DNA from: Sphaerochaetaceae bacterium
Lineage (GTDB): Bacteria > Spirochaetota > Spirochaetia > Sphaerochaetales > Sphaerochaetaceae
Length of the DNA stretch: 33,578 nucleotides
Reading direction: 5' to 3'
Assembly (NCBI GenBank): GCA_041678405.1
Contig: JBAYOE010000001.1
Coordinates: 1 to 33,578 of the forward strand
The position numbers and the translations under genes were made by a program. The notes under the pieces are model-generated. The model was not told where the DNA came from and made no database searches. It saw only the letters and a list, made by a program, of their open reading frames with translations. Below are positions 26,840-33,578 of the stretch, piece by piece (the first letter of the stretch is position 1; every line of letters starts with the position of its first letter).

Positions 26840-27693
26840 CAACAGTTGAGTTGGCTGTAAAAATCAGCGATGCAATAATTTATGCTTCACAGAATTTGGA
26901 AGAGTCTTTAGTTAAGAGACTTAACGAGTTTAAAGAGCATTATAAAGGGGATGATACCCCCAACTCAAAAGCCTCTTATCAGCTCTTAAAAGCTATCGAT
27001 GAAACACTGAAGTTGAGTATTAAACACAACTTACCGATGTGCCAAGATACGGGTCTGACAATTGCTTTTATTGAATATGGCCAAGAGAGCCGTTATTCAA
27101 TGGCTGAAATTGAGAAAGCTTTTAACAAAGCTCTGGAAATTGCCTTAGACAGAGGGAATATGAGAGCATCGATTGTTAAAGAGCCCCTTTATGAGAGGCA
27201 AAACAGTAAGACAAACTCCCCGGCTGTTATTTATTGGATACCAAAAGAGGGCCGAGAAGTGACAATTAATTTTCTTCTTAAAGGCTTTGGCAGTGAAAAT
27301 TGCAGCTCTTTGGTTATGCTCAATCCCACCAGTACAGAAGATGAGCTTATAGAGACAATCGTAAAAAGTGTCAAAGCAGCCGGGTCAAAGCCCTGCCCGC
27401 CGATTGTTGTCGGTGTCGGTTTAGGCGGAAGCAGTGATCGGGCTATGTATCTCTCTAAAATTGCCCTGTTAAGAAGTGTGGGAGAACGTCACCCAGAAAC
27501 AAGGTACGCAAACTTGGAGAAAAAAATCGAAACAGCCATCAATGAACTGCAGATAGGTCCCGGAGGATTTAAAGGAGACCTGACAGCCCTTGGGGTGGCT
27601 ATAGAATATGAACCTACCCATATAGCGGGACTTCCTTTAGGAATCACAATCAGTTGTTGGGCTGACAGAAAAGGGAAGGTAGTCTTAAAATGA
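26836..27693 (+). CDS. Class I (Fe-S) fumarate hydratase / tartrate dehydratase, alpha subunit
   Basis: 285 aa. The CQDTG motif and overall layout match the Fe-S hydro-lyase alpha subunit. Overlaps both neighbouring genes by 4 nt. Confidence 0.85.
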   Translation: MTTVELAVKISDAIIYASQNLEESLVKRLNEFKEHYKGDDTPNSKASYQLLKAIDETLKLSIKHNLPMCQDTGLTIAFIEYGQESRYSMAEIEKAFNKALEIALDRGNMRASIVKEPLYERQNSKTNSPAVIYWIPKEGREVTINFLLKGFGSENCSSLVMLNPTSTEDELIETIVKSVKAAGSKPCPPIVVGVGLGGSSDRAMYLSKIALLRSVGERHPETRYANLEKKIETAINELQIGPGGFKGDLTALGVAIEYEPTHIAGLPLGITISCWADRKGKVVLK

Positions 27694-28214
27694 GTTACAA
27701 AGTGGTAAGATTGCCATTAACGAAAGAAGAGATCTCTAATTTAAAACCTTTTGACATGCTTTTGTTGGAAGGAAAACTAATCGTTGCCCGCGACCAAGCC
27801 CACAAGCTCCTCGCCATTCTTATTGAAAAAAACGAACCATTACCCCTTGAATTAGCAGATCAAGTTATCTATTACATGGGACCGGCTAAAAAGGGGAACA
27901 ACTTACCAATCGGATCCTGCGGCCCTACAACTGCCGGTAGAATGGATCGCTTTACCCCTACATTGATGGATAGGGGAGTTAAAGTAACAATAGGCAAGGG
28001 GCCAAGAAATCAGGCTGTCGTTGAGTCAATAATAGCCAACAAGGGCCTTTATCTGGTTGCATATGGCGGCTGTGGGGCTTTATATGCAACAAAAGTAATA
28101 AGCCAAAAAGTTATTGCATTTGAAGAGCTGGGTCCCGAAGCAATTTTAGAGATAGAGGTTAAAGATTTCCCTGTAATTGTGGGAATCGATTCTCAGGGTA
28201 ATTCAATCTACTAA
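27690..28214 (+). CDS. Class I (Fe-S) fumarate hydratase / tartrate dehydratase, beta subunit
   Basis: 174 aa. GPTTAGRMD motif, G(K)GPR and YGGCGALYA. Confidence 0.85.
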   Translation: MSYKVVRLPLTKEEISNLKPFDMLLLEGKLIVARDQAHKLLAILIEKNEPLPLELADQVIYYMGPAKKGNNLPIGSCGPTTAGRMDRFTPTLMDRGVKVTIGKGPRNQAVVESIIANKGLYLVAYGGCGALYATKVISQKVIAFEELGPEAILEIEVKDFPVIVGIDSQGNSIY

Positions 28215-28282
28215 TTGGTTTTTGTGCTGATATTCTCAATTTTTTAACTCCTCTATTATGTTAAGTAGGCTTGTATAACTAT

Positions 28283-28723
28283 CTACGTGATGGTATTTAA
28301 GATTGCCTGTAGAAAGCTCATTAAAAAGTTCTTGGCACAAGAAATCTTTGCCTGCTCAATAGGTCTTAAACTTAAACTATCTATGGTACCTTTAGTTTCT
28401 GCAATGAAGAAGATATGCTTAACTGTACCCTCGTAAAATGCAATCGTCCAGTCAGGAGAGTAATTGCCGACGGGTGTGGGAATATGGAAACCTTTGGGGA
28501 GTTTTGCATATACGCAGACTTCTGATGCCACATCCAAATCCTGCACAAACCGGCGTTCAATGTTTTGCTGCGCTATGCGTGTTTTCTCCACTGTGAATAA
28601 TGTGCTGTCATACTAATCGTCAATTTGGTTATAAGAAATGCACTTATCATTGAATCCTTGTCCCGTAAATGCCTTAATAACCGCATCTGTTTGATATTGC
28701 TGTATTTTAAAATGGAACTTCAT
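28283..28723 (-). pseudogene. Type III restriction enzyme Res subunit remnant (N-terminal ~36 aa plus C-terminal PD-(D/E)xK nuclease ~100 aa, helicase core deleted, one in-frame TAG)
   Basis: One minus-strand frame reads MKFHFKIQQYQTDAVIKAFTGQGF...[19 protein letters not shown]...[26 protein letters not shown]...FFIAETKG...[11 protein letters not shown]. The TAG is at 28613-28615. The ATG overlaps the Fic stop (TAATG). Confidence 0.7.
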
Positions 28724-29661
28724 TAGCTGTCACCTGCCGTGATTTCATCTTCCTGCTCGTAGTAGTAGGAGTAGTCCACACCTTTCATAAACATCTCACG
28801 GTCATTTATCTTATCAGTTAAAGCATTTTGGAGCAGAGCTTTTATCCTTTGGGGATTTTTCGTGCTTTCTTTCATGGCCGCCAAATAATCTTTCTTATCA
28901 ATTCTGCTCCAGTCAACACAGAGTTTCAAATTCTTTTTCAAAATCAAATCGAGCCAAATACGTGTGCTTCTGCCGTTACCTTCCATAAATGGATGGGCAA
29001 CATTCATCTCCACGTATTTGTCGGCAATCTCATTAAAAGTGTTTTCCGCCATATTCTCAATACTGCTCAGCGTGTTTTCTAAAAACTGAACGGGTGCAAA
29101 ACGAAAATTACCCTTTGCAATATTCAGTGTTCTGATTTGTCCTGCAAAGTCATATAATCCTCCAAATAGGTAGCCGTGTATTTGCTGCAAACCTTTTACT
29201 GTTCCTATTTCAATGGTATTAAGTAATGAACTGTCAAATAGCGCATAGGCTTTAGATTTGCTTTTGCCGTCAATGGTTTCATCGCTATATGTGAACCATT
29301 CAATAAAGCGATTGGCTTTTTTGCTTGGAAAATTTTTCGCAAGTTCAATAATGCCGTCATAATCAAAGCAATCGGTCGAATACTTCTTGCCGTCAGATGC
29401 CATCAATTTCAGTTGGGTAGCGCGACTAACCAACTGAAAATTCTCTTTTTTTAGTTTAAATTTTAAATATTTCCAGTAGTTTCTATTTTTTGTGTAATCC
29501 TTTTCGCCACGCAAAACACCGACAATATCAAGCACCGAAAACCACCATTTGGCGTTTTCATCATCCCAAACGGCACGAACTTCGCTACCATCAATAGTTA
29601 GTACCAATATACCATTGTCGCTTAATGATTGGTTAGCAATTCTTAAACTTACATATATCAT
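28723..29661 (-). CDS. BRO-N-like DNA-binding domain fused to a Fic (AMPylase) domain
   Basis: 312 aa. N-terminal EVRAVWDDENAKWWFSVLDIVGVL...ANRFIEWF (BRO-N/antirepressor-like). Intact C-terminal Fic motif HPFMEGNGRSTR. GGAGAGG RBS. Confidence 0.8.
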   Translation of the reverse strand: MIYVSLRIANQSLSDNGILVLTIDGSEVRAVWDDENAKWWFSVLDIVGVLRGEKDYTKNRNYWKYLKFKLKKENFQLVSRATQLKLMASDGKKYSTDCFDYDGIIELAKNFPSKKANRFIEWFTYSDETIDGKSKSKAYALFDSSLLNTIEIGTVKGLQQIHGYLFGGLYDFAGQIRTLNIAKGNFRFAPVQFLENTLSSIENMAENTFNEIADKYVEMNVAHPFMEGNGRSTRIWLDLILKKNLKLCVDWSRIDKKDYLAAMKESTKNPQRIKALLQNALTDKINDREMFMKGVDYSYYYEQEDEITAGDS

Positions 29662-29722
29662 GTTTGTAGCCTCTCCATTATGTTTTTACTCTGGCGTTAC
29701 ATAGCCAATTGCAGAATGAAGA

Positions 29723-29739
29723 TGTGCACAATTATACCA
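29723..29739 (-). promoter_or_regulatory. Candidate extended -10 promoter (TGgTATAAT) for the Fic gene, followed by an 8-bp palindrome TGTGCACA
   Basis: The minus strand reads ctgGTATAATTGTGCACAtc. TATAAT = 29731-29736, TG = 29738-29739, palindrome = 29723-29730 at the expected TSS. Confidence 0.4.
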
Positions 29740-29817
29740 GTTAATAAGCGTTTTTTATAGACTCCAACCCAGTTTCCGTTTAACATCATTTGAAGGGGTA
29801 GGAAAGAGAGGTAGTTA

Positions 29818-30588
29818 TTGAATAAGTATTCTTTGGCCTTTGGGGTTCTGATTTTTGCCCTAACGTTTTCGGGTTGTGTGAGATCTTCTTCAAACGGTGA
29901 GTTACCGCCACCGGTCAATGGCACTAGAGAGAATTCAAGATCTATAGATTTAGGGAATCTTAAAAGTCCCTCATCTTTGGAAGAACGGTTCAGTTATACG
30001 TATGGATACCTCTTAATGGAAACCAGCATGAAAAATGTCCAAGACATTAATGTTGATTTCTTTATAAGAGGGGTAACAGATGCCGGTCTTAATCAGGTAC
30101 CGTTACTGCCGGCTTCGGAGCGAAACAGTGTTTTGTATGAGTATCAACAGCACCTGATGCAAGAGGCTGCAAAAAGATTGGAAACACTGGCTAGAAATAA
30201 TTTAGAAGATGCCGAAAGCTTTTTAGCAATCAACGGACAGCGCCAAGAGGTCGAAACAACCCTTAGTGGCTTACAATACGAAATTATAACTGAAACAGAG
30301 GGGTCAAAACCCGCAGCCCGTGACACCGTCAAAGTTAATTACAGATTGACTTACTTAGACGGCAGAGAAGGGGATGCCTCAATCAGGGGTATCCCAAGTG
30401 AATTCAGCCTTGATTATCTGATACCGGGTTTTAGAGAGGGGTTGATGTTGATGACCGAAGGCTCCAAATTTAGATTTTTTGTCCATCCGAGACTCGGCTA
30501 TGGGCAGGAGGGGTCAAGCCGAATTGAGCCGAATACCCTTTTGATTTTTGACGTGGAATTGGTAAAGATTATCCCCTTTACAGATTAA
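29818..30588 (+). CDS. FKBP-type peptidyl-prolyl cis-trans isomerase lipoprotein (Mip/FkpA-like)
   Basis: 256 aa. TTG start after AGAGAGG. Lipobox LTFSG|C. C-terminal FKBP domain (VKVNYRLTYLDG, LIPGFREGL, YGQEGS, LIFDVELV). Confidence 0.85.
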   Translation: MNKYSLAFGVLIFALTFSGCVRSSSNGELPPPVNGTRENSRSIDLGNLKSPSSLEERFSYTYGYLLMETSMKNVQDINVDFFIRGVTDAGLNQVPLLPASERNSVLYEYQQHLMQEAAKRLETLARNNLEDAESFLAINGQRQEVETTLSGLQYEIITETEGSKPAARDTVKVNYRLTYLDGREGDASIRGIPSEFSLDYLIPGFREGLMLMTEGSKFRFFVHPRLGYGQEGSSRIEPNTLLIFDVELVKIIPFTD

Positions 30589-31270
30589 GAATTTTCAATA
30601 AACGGTAAAGATTTTTTATTTCGTACGTTGGTTTGTTTATAGAATCACTGACCATATTGTACCGGTTAATCCAACAGCTATCGAGATTGCTGTTTATAGC
30701 TCCGGCTATATCGCTGCTAAGACTGTCGCCAATAACAAGGGGATTGTTTGCACTGTAGCCTGAGTTTTTTATTAAATCTATGGTTCTCTCAAAATACTCT
30801 TTGCGTGGTTTTTGAAATCCTATCGACTCACTGACGGCAGTAACAACGAAGTAAGAGTCGATTTTAGAAGACTTAAGGCGCCCTTTTTGTATATAGGTGA
30901 TACCGTTGGTGATTATACTCATCGGAATATTAGTCTCTCTTATTTTATTTAGAACATCTAACGTGTCAGGATATGGAAAATCGGCTTCACTGAGTTTTTC
31001 TCCATAAAGTTGAGAGCCAATATTCGGGTCTTCGTCAATTCCATACTTCTCAAAAAAGAGTCTGAAACGTTCAACTTTTAGTTTTTCAATTGTAATTTTA
31101 CCTAACTCATACTCAAGCCAGAGCCGATTGTTGAAACTACTGTAATCCTCAATAGCCTTCGCTGTAGGCTCAATTCCCAAAACAGTAAGTATCTCTCCCA
31201 CGGCCCACTTTTCACTGGCCATAAAATCTAAAAGTGTCCCGTCAATATCAAACAGCAGATGATCGTACAT
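30578..31270 (-). CDS. HAD-IA family hydrolase (YjjG-like nucleotidase/phosphatase)
   Basis: 230 aa. Motif I FDIDGTLLD, motif II ITNG, motif IV VIGDSLSSDI. Confidence 0.8.
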   Translation of the reverse strand: MYDHLLFDIDGTLLDFMASEKWAVGEILTVLGIEPTAKAIEDYSSFNNRLWLEYELGKITIEKLKVERFRLFFEKYGIDEDPNIGSQLYGEKLSEADFPYPDTLDVLNKIRETNIPMSIITNGITYIQKGRLKSSKIDSYFVVTAVSESIGFQKPRKEYFERTIDLIKNSGYSANNPLVIGDSLSSDIAGAINSNLDSCWINRYNMVSDSINKPTYEIKNLYRLLKILNL

Positions 31271-31362
31271 ATAATTCCTTTACAGAAAGGCCCTAATGGT
31301 GATACTTTCACTATAGCGATGTAATTAATTAGAGGCAACGCCCAATGTTTGTGGGAGGGAGT

Positions 31363-31926
31363 ATGAATAAAAAAGGGGGGTGGATAATCCACCTTATTGT
31401 AGCGATTCTCATTATCGTATTGGGGATTTTTATTCTGGTAAGAAAAGATCTCTTTAAACAAGTTTTTGTTATTGCGATAGGGATAATACTCTTGTTTGCA
31501 TCAATAAGAACATTGGTGACAATGACAAAGTACCCTTTGAGTAAATTTAACCGTAACTCAACTTTGACAAAAGGGATACTGGGAATCATTATCTCAATAT
31601 TAGCCATAATCATGCCGATAGCAATCGGTGCTACTGTTTGGCGGGTTCTTCTGATAATTGTTGCAATTCAACTTGCTTTGGCAGCTATAGTCCTGATAGT
31701 TGATGCAATTGCCCTTAAATCGGCTGGATTGCCCCTATTGCCTCTGGTAATAGAAGCAGCCGCTTCTTTAGTTGTTTCGGTAGCTCTTTTTGCTTTTCCC
31801 CAAAGTGTTGCCGATTTATTGGTCACTATTTTAGGGGTTGCTGTGATTATAATCGGTATTGCGGCAGCTTTGATTGCCTATTTTTCACGTAAAAAGGGCC
31901 CGGTCGTTGAGGTTGAGGTATATTGA
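31363..31926 (+). CDS. Integral membrane protein, DUF308/HdeD-like
   Basis: I prefer the ATG at 31363 (MNKKGGW...), 3 nt after GGGAGGGAG. The track start is 31345. About 6 repetitive hydrophobic helices. Confidence 0.65.
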   Translation: MNKKGGWIIHLIVAILIIVLGIFILVRKDLFKQVFVIAIGIILLFASIRTLVTMTKYPLSKFNRNSTLTKGILGIIISILAIIMPIAIGATVWRVLLIIVAIQLALAAIVLIVDAIALKSAGLPLLPLVIEAAASLVVSVALFAFPQSVADLLVTILGVAVIIIGIAAALIAYFSRKKGPVVEVEVY

Positions 31927-31951
31927 CACAACCGATAAGCTAAAGTAGTGT
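31923..31951 (+). promoter_or_regulatory. Candidate sigma70 promoter of the his leader/hisGD (TTGACA-17 nt-TAGTGT)
   Basis: TTGACA at 31923-31928 (overlapping the upstream stop codon), a 17-nt spacer, TAGTGT at 31946-31951. The leader ATG follows 8 nt after the -10. Confidence 0.4.
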
Positions 31952-31958
31952 GAAACAT

Positions 31959-32006
31959 ATGAAAAACAGAAGAGCAGTAACACATCATCATCTCTTTCGA
32001 CGTTGA
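31959..32006 (+). CDS. Candidate his operon leader peptide MKNRRAVTHHHLFRR
   Basis: 15-codon ORF with three consecutive CAT His codons (31983-31991). It lies between the promoter-like element and a strong terminator directly upstream of hisG. Confidence 0.45.
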   Translation: MKNRRAVTHHHLFRR

Positions 32007-32036
32007 ATTAAGATGCGTGTGCTCTTATTAATATTG

Positions 32037-32063
32037 AAAGCTCCGCATTTTGCGGAGTTTTTT
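32037..32063 (+). terminator. Rho-independent terminator / attenuator hairpin upstream of hisG
   Basis: CTCCGCA (32041-32047), a ttt loop, TGCGGAG (32051-32057), then TTTTTT (32058-32063). The preceding AAA can extend the stem. The hisG RBS GGAGGAG follows at 32071-32077. Confidence 0.75.
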
Positions 32064-32080
32064 GCGTTATGGAGGAGTAA

Positions 32081-32941
32081 ATGGAAAAACCACTACGCCT
32101 GGCAATTCAAAAAAGTGGACGTTTAAGCGAAAAGTCACTGCAGATTATTAGAAGTTGCGGTATCCGCTTCGGTTCTGATTCGCGTCTGTTAAGAGAGGAG
32201 GCTGACAACTTTCCAATCGAGTTTCTCTATCTTAGGGATGACGATATCCCCCGCTACATAAACGATAAAGTAGCCGATATCGGAATTGTCGGAAGAAACG
32301 AGTACGATGAACAAAACTACCCTTTGACAGTTCATCGCGATTTGGGTTTTGCTGCCTGCAGACTCTCAATAGCAGTACCCGAGGGCTTTTCTTATAACTC
32401 AATTAAAGATTTAGAGAAGAAGAGAATTGCCACAAGCTATCCCAATATTTTAAAAAAGAAGCTTGCCAAAGAGGGAGTGAATGCTCAGGTATATGAAATA
32501 TCTGGCTCAGTTGAAATTACTCCATCAATTGGAGTTGCCGATGCAATTTGTGATTTGGTCAGCAGTGGGGCGACCTTGGCAAGCAACGGACTAAGAGAGG
32601 TTGAACCAATCTATTACTCAACAGCTGTACTCATCGGACGTACCGATTTAGAAGAGGAAAAAGCAACAATTTTAAAGCGGTTATTGATGCGTATCGATGC
32701 CGTTATGAGAGCCGATGATTATAAGTACATCATGTTTAACCTTCCCAAAGAGCATCTGCAGGAAGCTGCCAAGATTATAGGGGGGATGAAAAGTCCCACT
32801 GTAACGCCTCTGCTGGATCCAAATTGGTGTGCTGTTCAGACAGTCGTCAAAGAGAAACAGTTTTGGATGGTTTTGGAACAGCTTAAAACCTTGGGTGCCC
32901 AAGGTATTTTAGTGACCGCCATAGAGAAAATGGCAGACTAG
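32081..32941 (+). CDS. hisG: ATP phosphoribosyltransferase, long form (with C-terminal regulatory domain)
   Basis: 286 aa. LRLAIQKSGRL start, DLVSSGATL motif, C-terminal HisG_C-like ~75 aa. Confidence 0.9.
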   Translation: MEKPLRLAIQKSGRLSEKSLQIIRSCGIRFGSDSRLLREEADNFPIEFLYLRDDDIPRYINDKVADIGIVGRNEYDEQNYPLTVHRDLGFAACRLSIAVPEGFSYNSIKDLEKKRIATSYPNILKKKLAKEGVNAQVYEISGSVEITPSIGVADAICDLVSSGATLASNGLREVEPIYYSTAVLIGRTDLEEEKATILKRLLMRIDAVMRADDYKYIMFNLPKEHLQEAAKIIGGMKSPTVTPLLDPNWCAVQTVVKEKQFWMVLEQLKTLGAQGILVTAIEKMAD

Positions 32942-32949
32942 GATTAACT

Positions 32950-33578
32950 ATGAAAAGGATTGTTGAACCATCTTTGAAACAGATTATTCAAAGACCCTTT
33001 CTAAACGATCAAAAAGTGGAAAAAGAGGTCGCAAAAATTATTAAAAGGGTCAGAAAAGAGAAAGACATTGCCCTCTTTTACTACAACCAGAAACTTGATA
33101 ATAACCAAAACGAGAATTTGGTTGTTTCCAAAGAGCAGTTAAAAGAGCAGGCTGCATTAGTTGATGAATCTTTAAAAAAGGCAATTGAGATTGCAGCTAG
33201 CAATATTGAAAAATTTCATAAAGAGCAGGTGATTAAGCACCCAAAAGTTAAAATAGGGGAGGGTATTACCCTTTGGCGTGAGGACAGACCAATCGAAAAC
33301 GTAGGAATATACGTTCCTGGGGGCTCTGCCCCGCTGTTTTCCTCCCTTTTAATGCTAGCCATTCCAGCCAAGATAGCCGGCTGCAAGAAAATAGTTGTGA
33401 CTACTCCCTCAATAAACGGCGAAGCTCTCAATCCTGCTCTCTGTTACAGTGCTTTGCTGTGTGAAGTCGATGAGATTTACCAAGTCGGAGGAGCTCAGGC
33501 AATTGGTGCCTTAGCCTACGGGACCGAGACAATACCGTCTGTCGATAAAATATTTGGTCCTGGTAATAGGTATGTCAC
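32950..33578 (+). CDS. hisD: Histidinol dehydrogenase, N-terminal ~209 codons (runs off the right edge)
   Basis: Absent from the ORF track because it is truncated. My translation reads MKRIVEPSLKQIIQRPF...GIYVPGGSAPLFSSLLMLAIPAKIAGC...IYQVGGAQAIGALAYGTETIPSVDKIFGPGNRYV, collinear with HisD. Confidence 0.88.
   Translation, partial: MKRIVEPSLKQIIQRPFLNDQKVEKEVAKIIKRVRKEKDIALFYYNQKLDNNQNENLVVSKEQLKEQAALVDESLKKAIEIAASNIEKFHKEQVIKHPKVKIGEGITLWREDRPIENVGIYVPGGSAPLFSSLLMLAIPAKIAGCKKIVVTTPSINGEALNPALCYSALLCEVDEIYQVGGAQAIGALAYGTETIPSVDKIFGPGNRYV

Noticed and set aside
28613-28615. The in-frame TAG in the Res remnant as possible pyrrolysine or programmed read-through.
   Set aside because: There is no pyl gene context. 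The surrounding gene has lost its entire helicase core, so a plain nonsense mutation in a decaying gene is far more likely.
28255-29684. A shared 8-mer ATTATGTT (28255-28262 and 29677-29684) flanking the Fic/Res patch, considered as possible att sites or a target-site duplication.
   Set aside because: An 8-mer match between flanks of ~70 and ~155 nt is expected by chance at roughly the 10-20% level. The right copy is simply part of the Fic RBS/start region. No integrase or transposase is present.
29697-29924. A 75-aa minus-strand ORF spanning the Fic upstream region and the FKBP start. I considered it as a possible FicA-like antitoxin.
   Set aside because: It has no (S/T)xxxE(G/N) motif and no RBS. 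It overlaps the well-supported lipoprotein signal peptide of the FKBP gene on the other strand, and the predicted Fic promoter lies inside it.
31927-32080. A T-box riboswitch upstream of hisG.
   Set aside because: At 154 nt the region is too short. I see no T-box consensus or specifier-loop architecture. A leader peptide plus terminator explains it better.
1-33578. CRISPR arrays, tRNA/rRNA genes, retron-type ncRNA, IS elements and long tandem repeats.
   Set aside because: No non-coding gap exceeds ~155 nt. I saw no spaced direct-repeat series, cloverleaf-like segments or transposase/integrase-like ORFs on either strand.

Overview
This is a densely packed, mostly housekeeping chromosomal segment with about 38 protein genes. 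The largest non-coding gap is about 155 nt. I saw no rRNA, tRNA, CRISPR array, transposase or integrase. Gene content suggests a moderately AT-rich, probably diderm anaerobe: many lipobox proteins, OM-barrel-like proteins, a two-subunit class I fumarase and an FeFe-hydrogenase-like sensor. A spirochaete-like origin is only a guess without a database search.

Recognisable genes, left to right:
- ptsN-like EIIA plus a CPA2 antiporter
- a block of envelope proteins of unknown function surrounding pepT
- a GDPD phosphodiesterase and nfo
- an M16C peptidase
- a DRTGG / RsbW-like ATPase / hydrogenase-like trio
- glpK, then a tightly overlapping cdaA-cdaR-like-acpS-truA-udg-priA string
- an antisense GntR regulator
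- def-fmt-patatin-VanZ-fumarase (alpha and beta)
- a ~1.5 kb accessory patch (BRO-N/Fic fusion plus a decayed type III Res gene)
- an FKBP lipoprotein, a HAD hydrolase and a DUF308-like membrane protein
- hisG and hisD behind a candidate His leader peptide and terminator

No clear-cut new multi-gene system is evident. The two best candidates for uncharacterised biology are the orphan sensory-hydrogenase-like signalling trio (13041-15207) and the uninhibited BRO-N/Fic protein coupled to a mini-Res remnant (28283-29661).

Smaller regulatory oddities:
- a his leader peptide with a terminator
- a hairpin that sequesters the pepT RBS
- promoter geometry suggesting leaderless mRNAs
- 3' overlaps at four of the five convergent gene junctions

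All functional calls come from motif recognition by eye. No searches were run.
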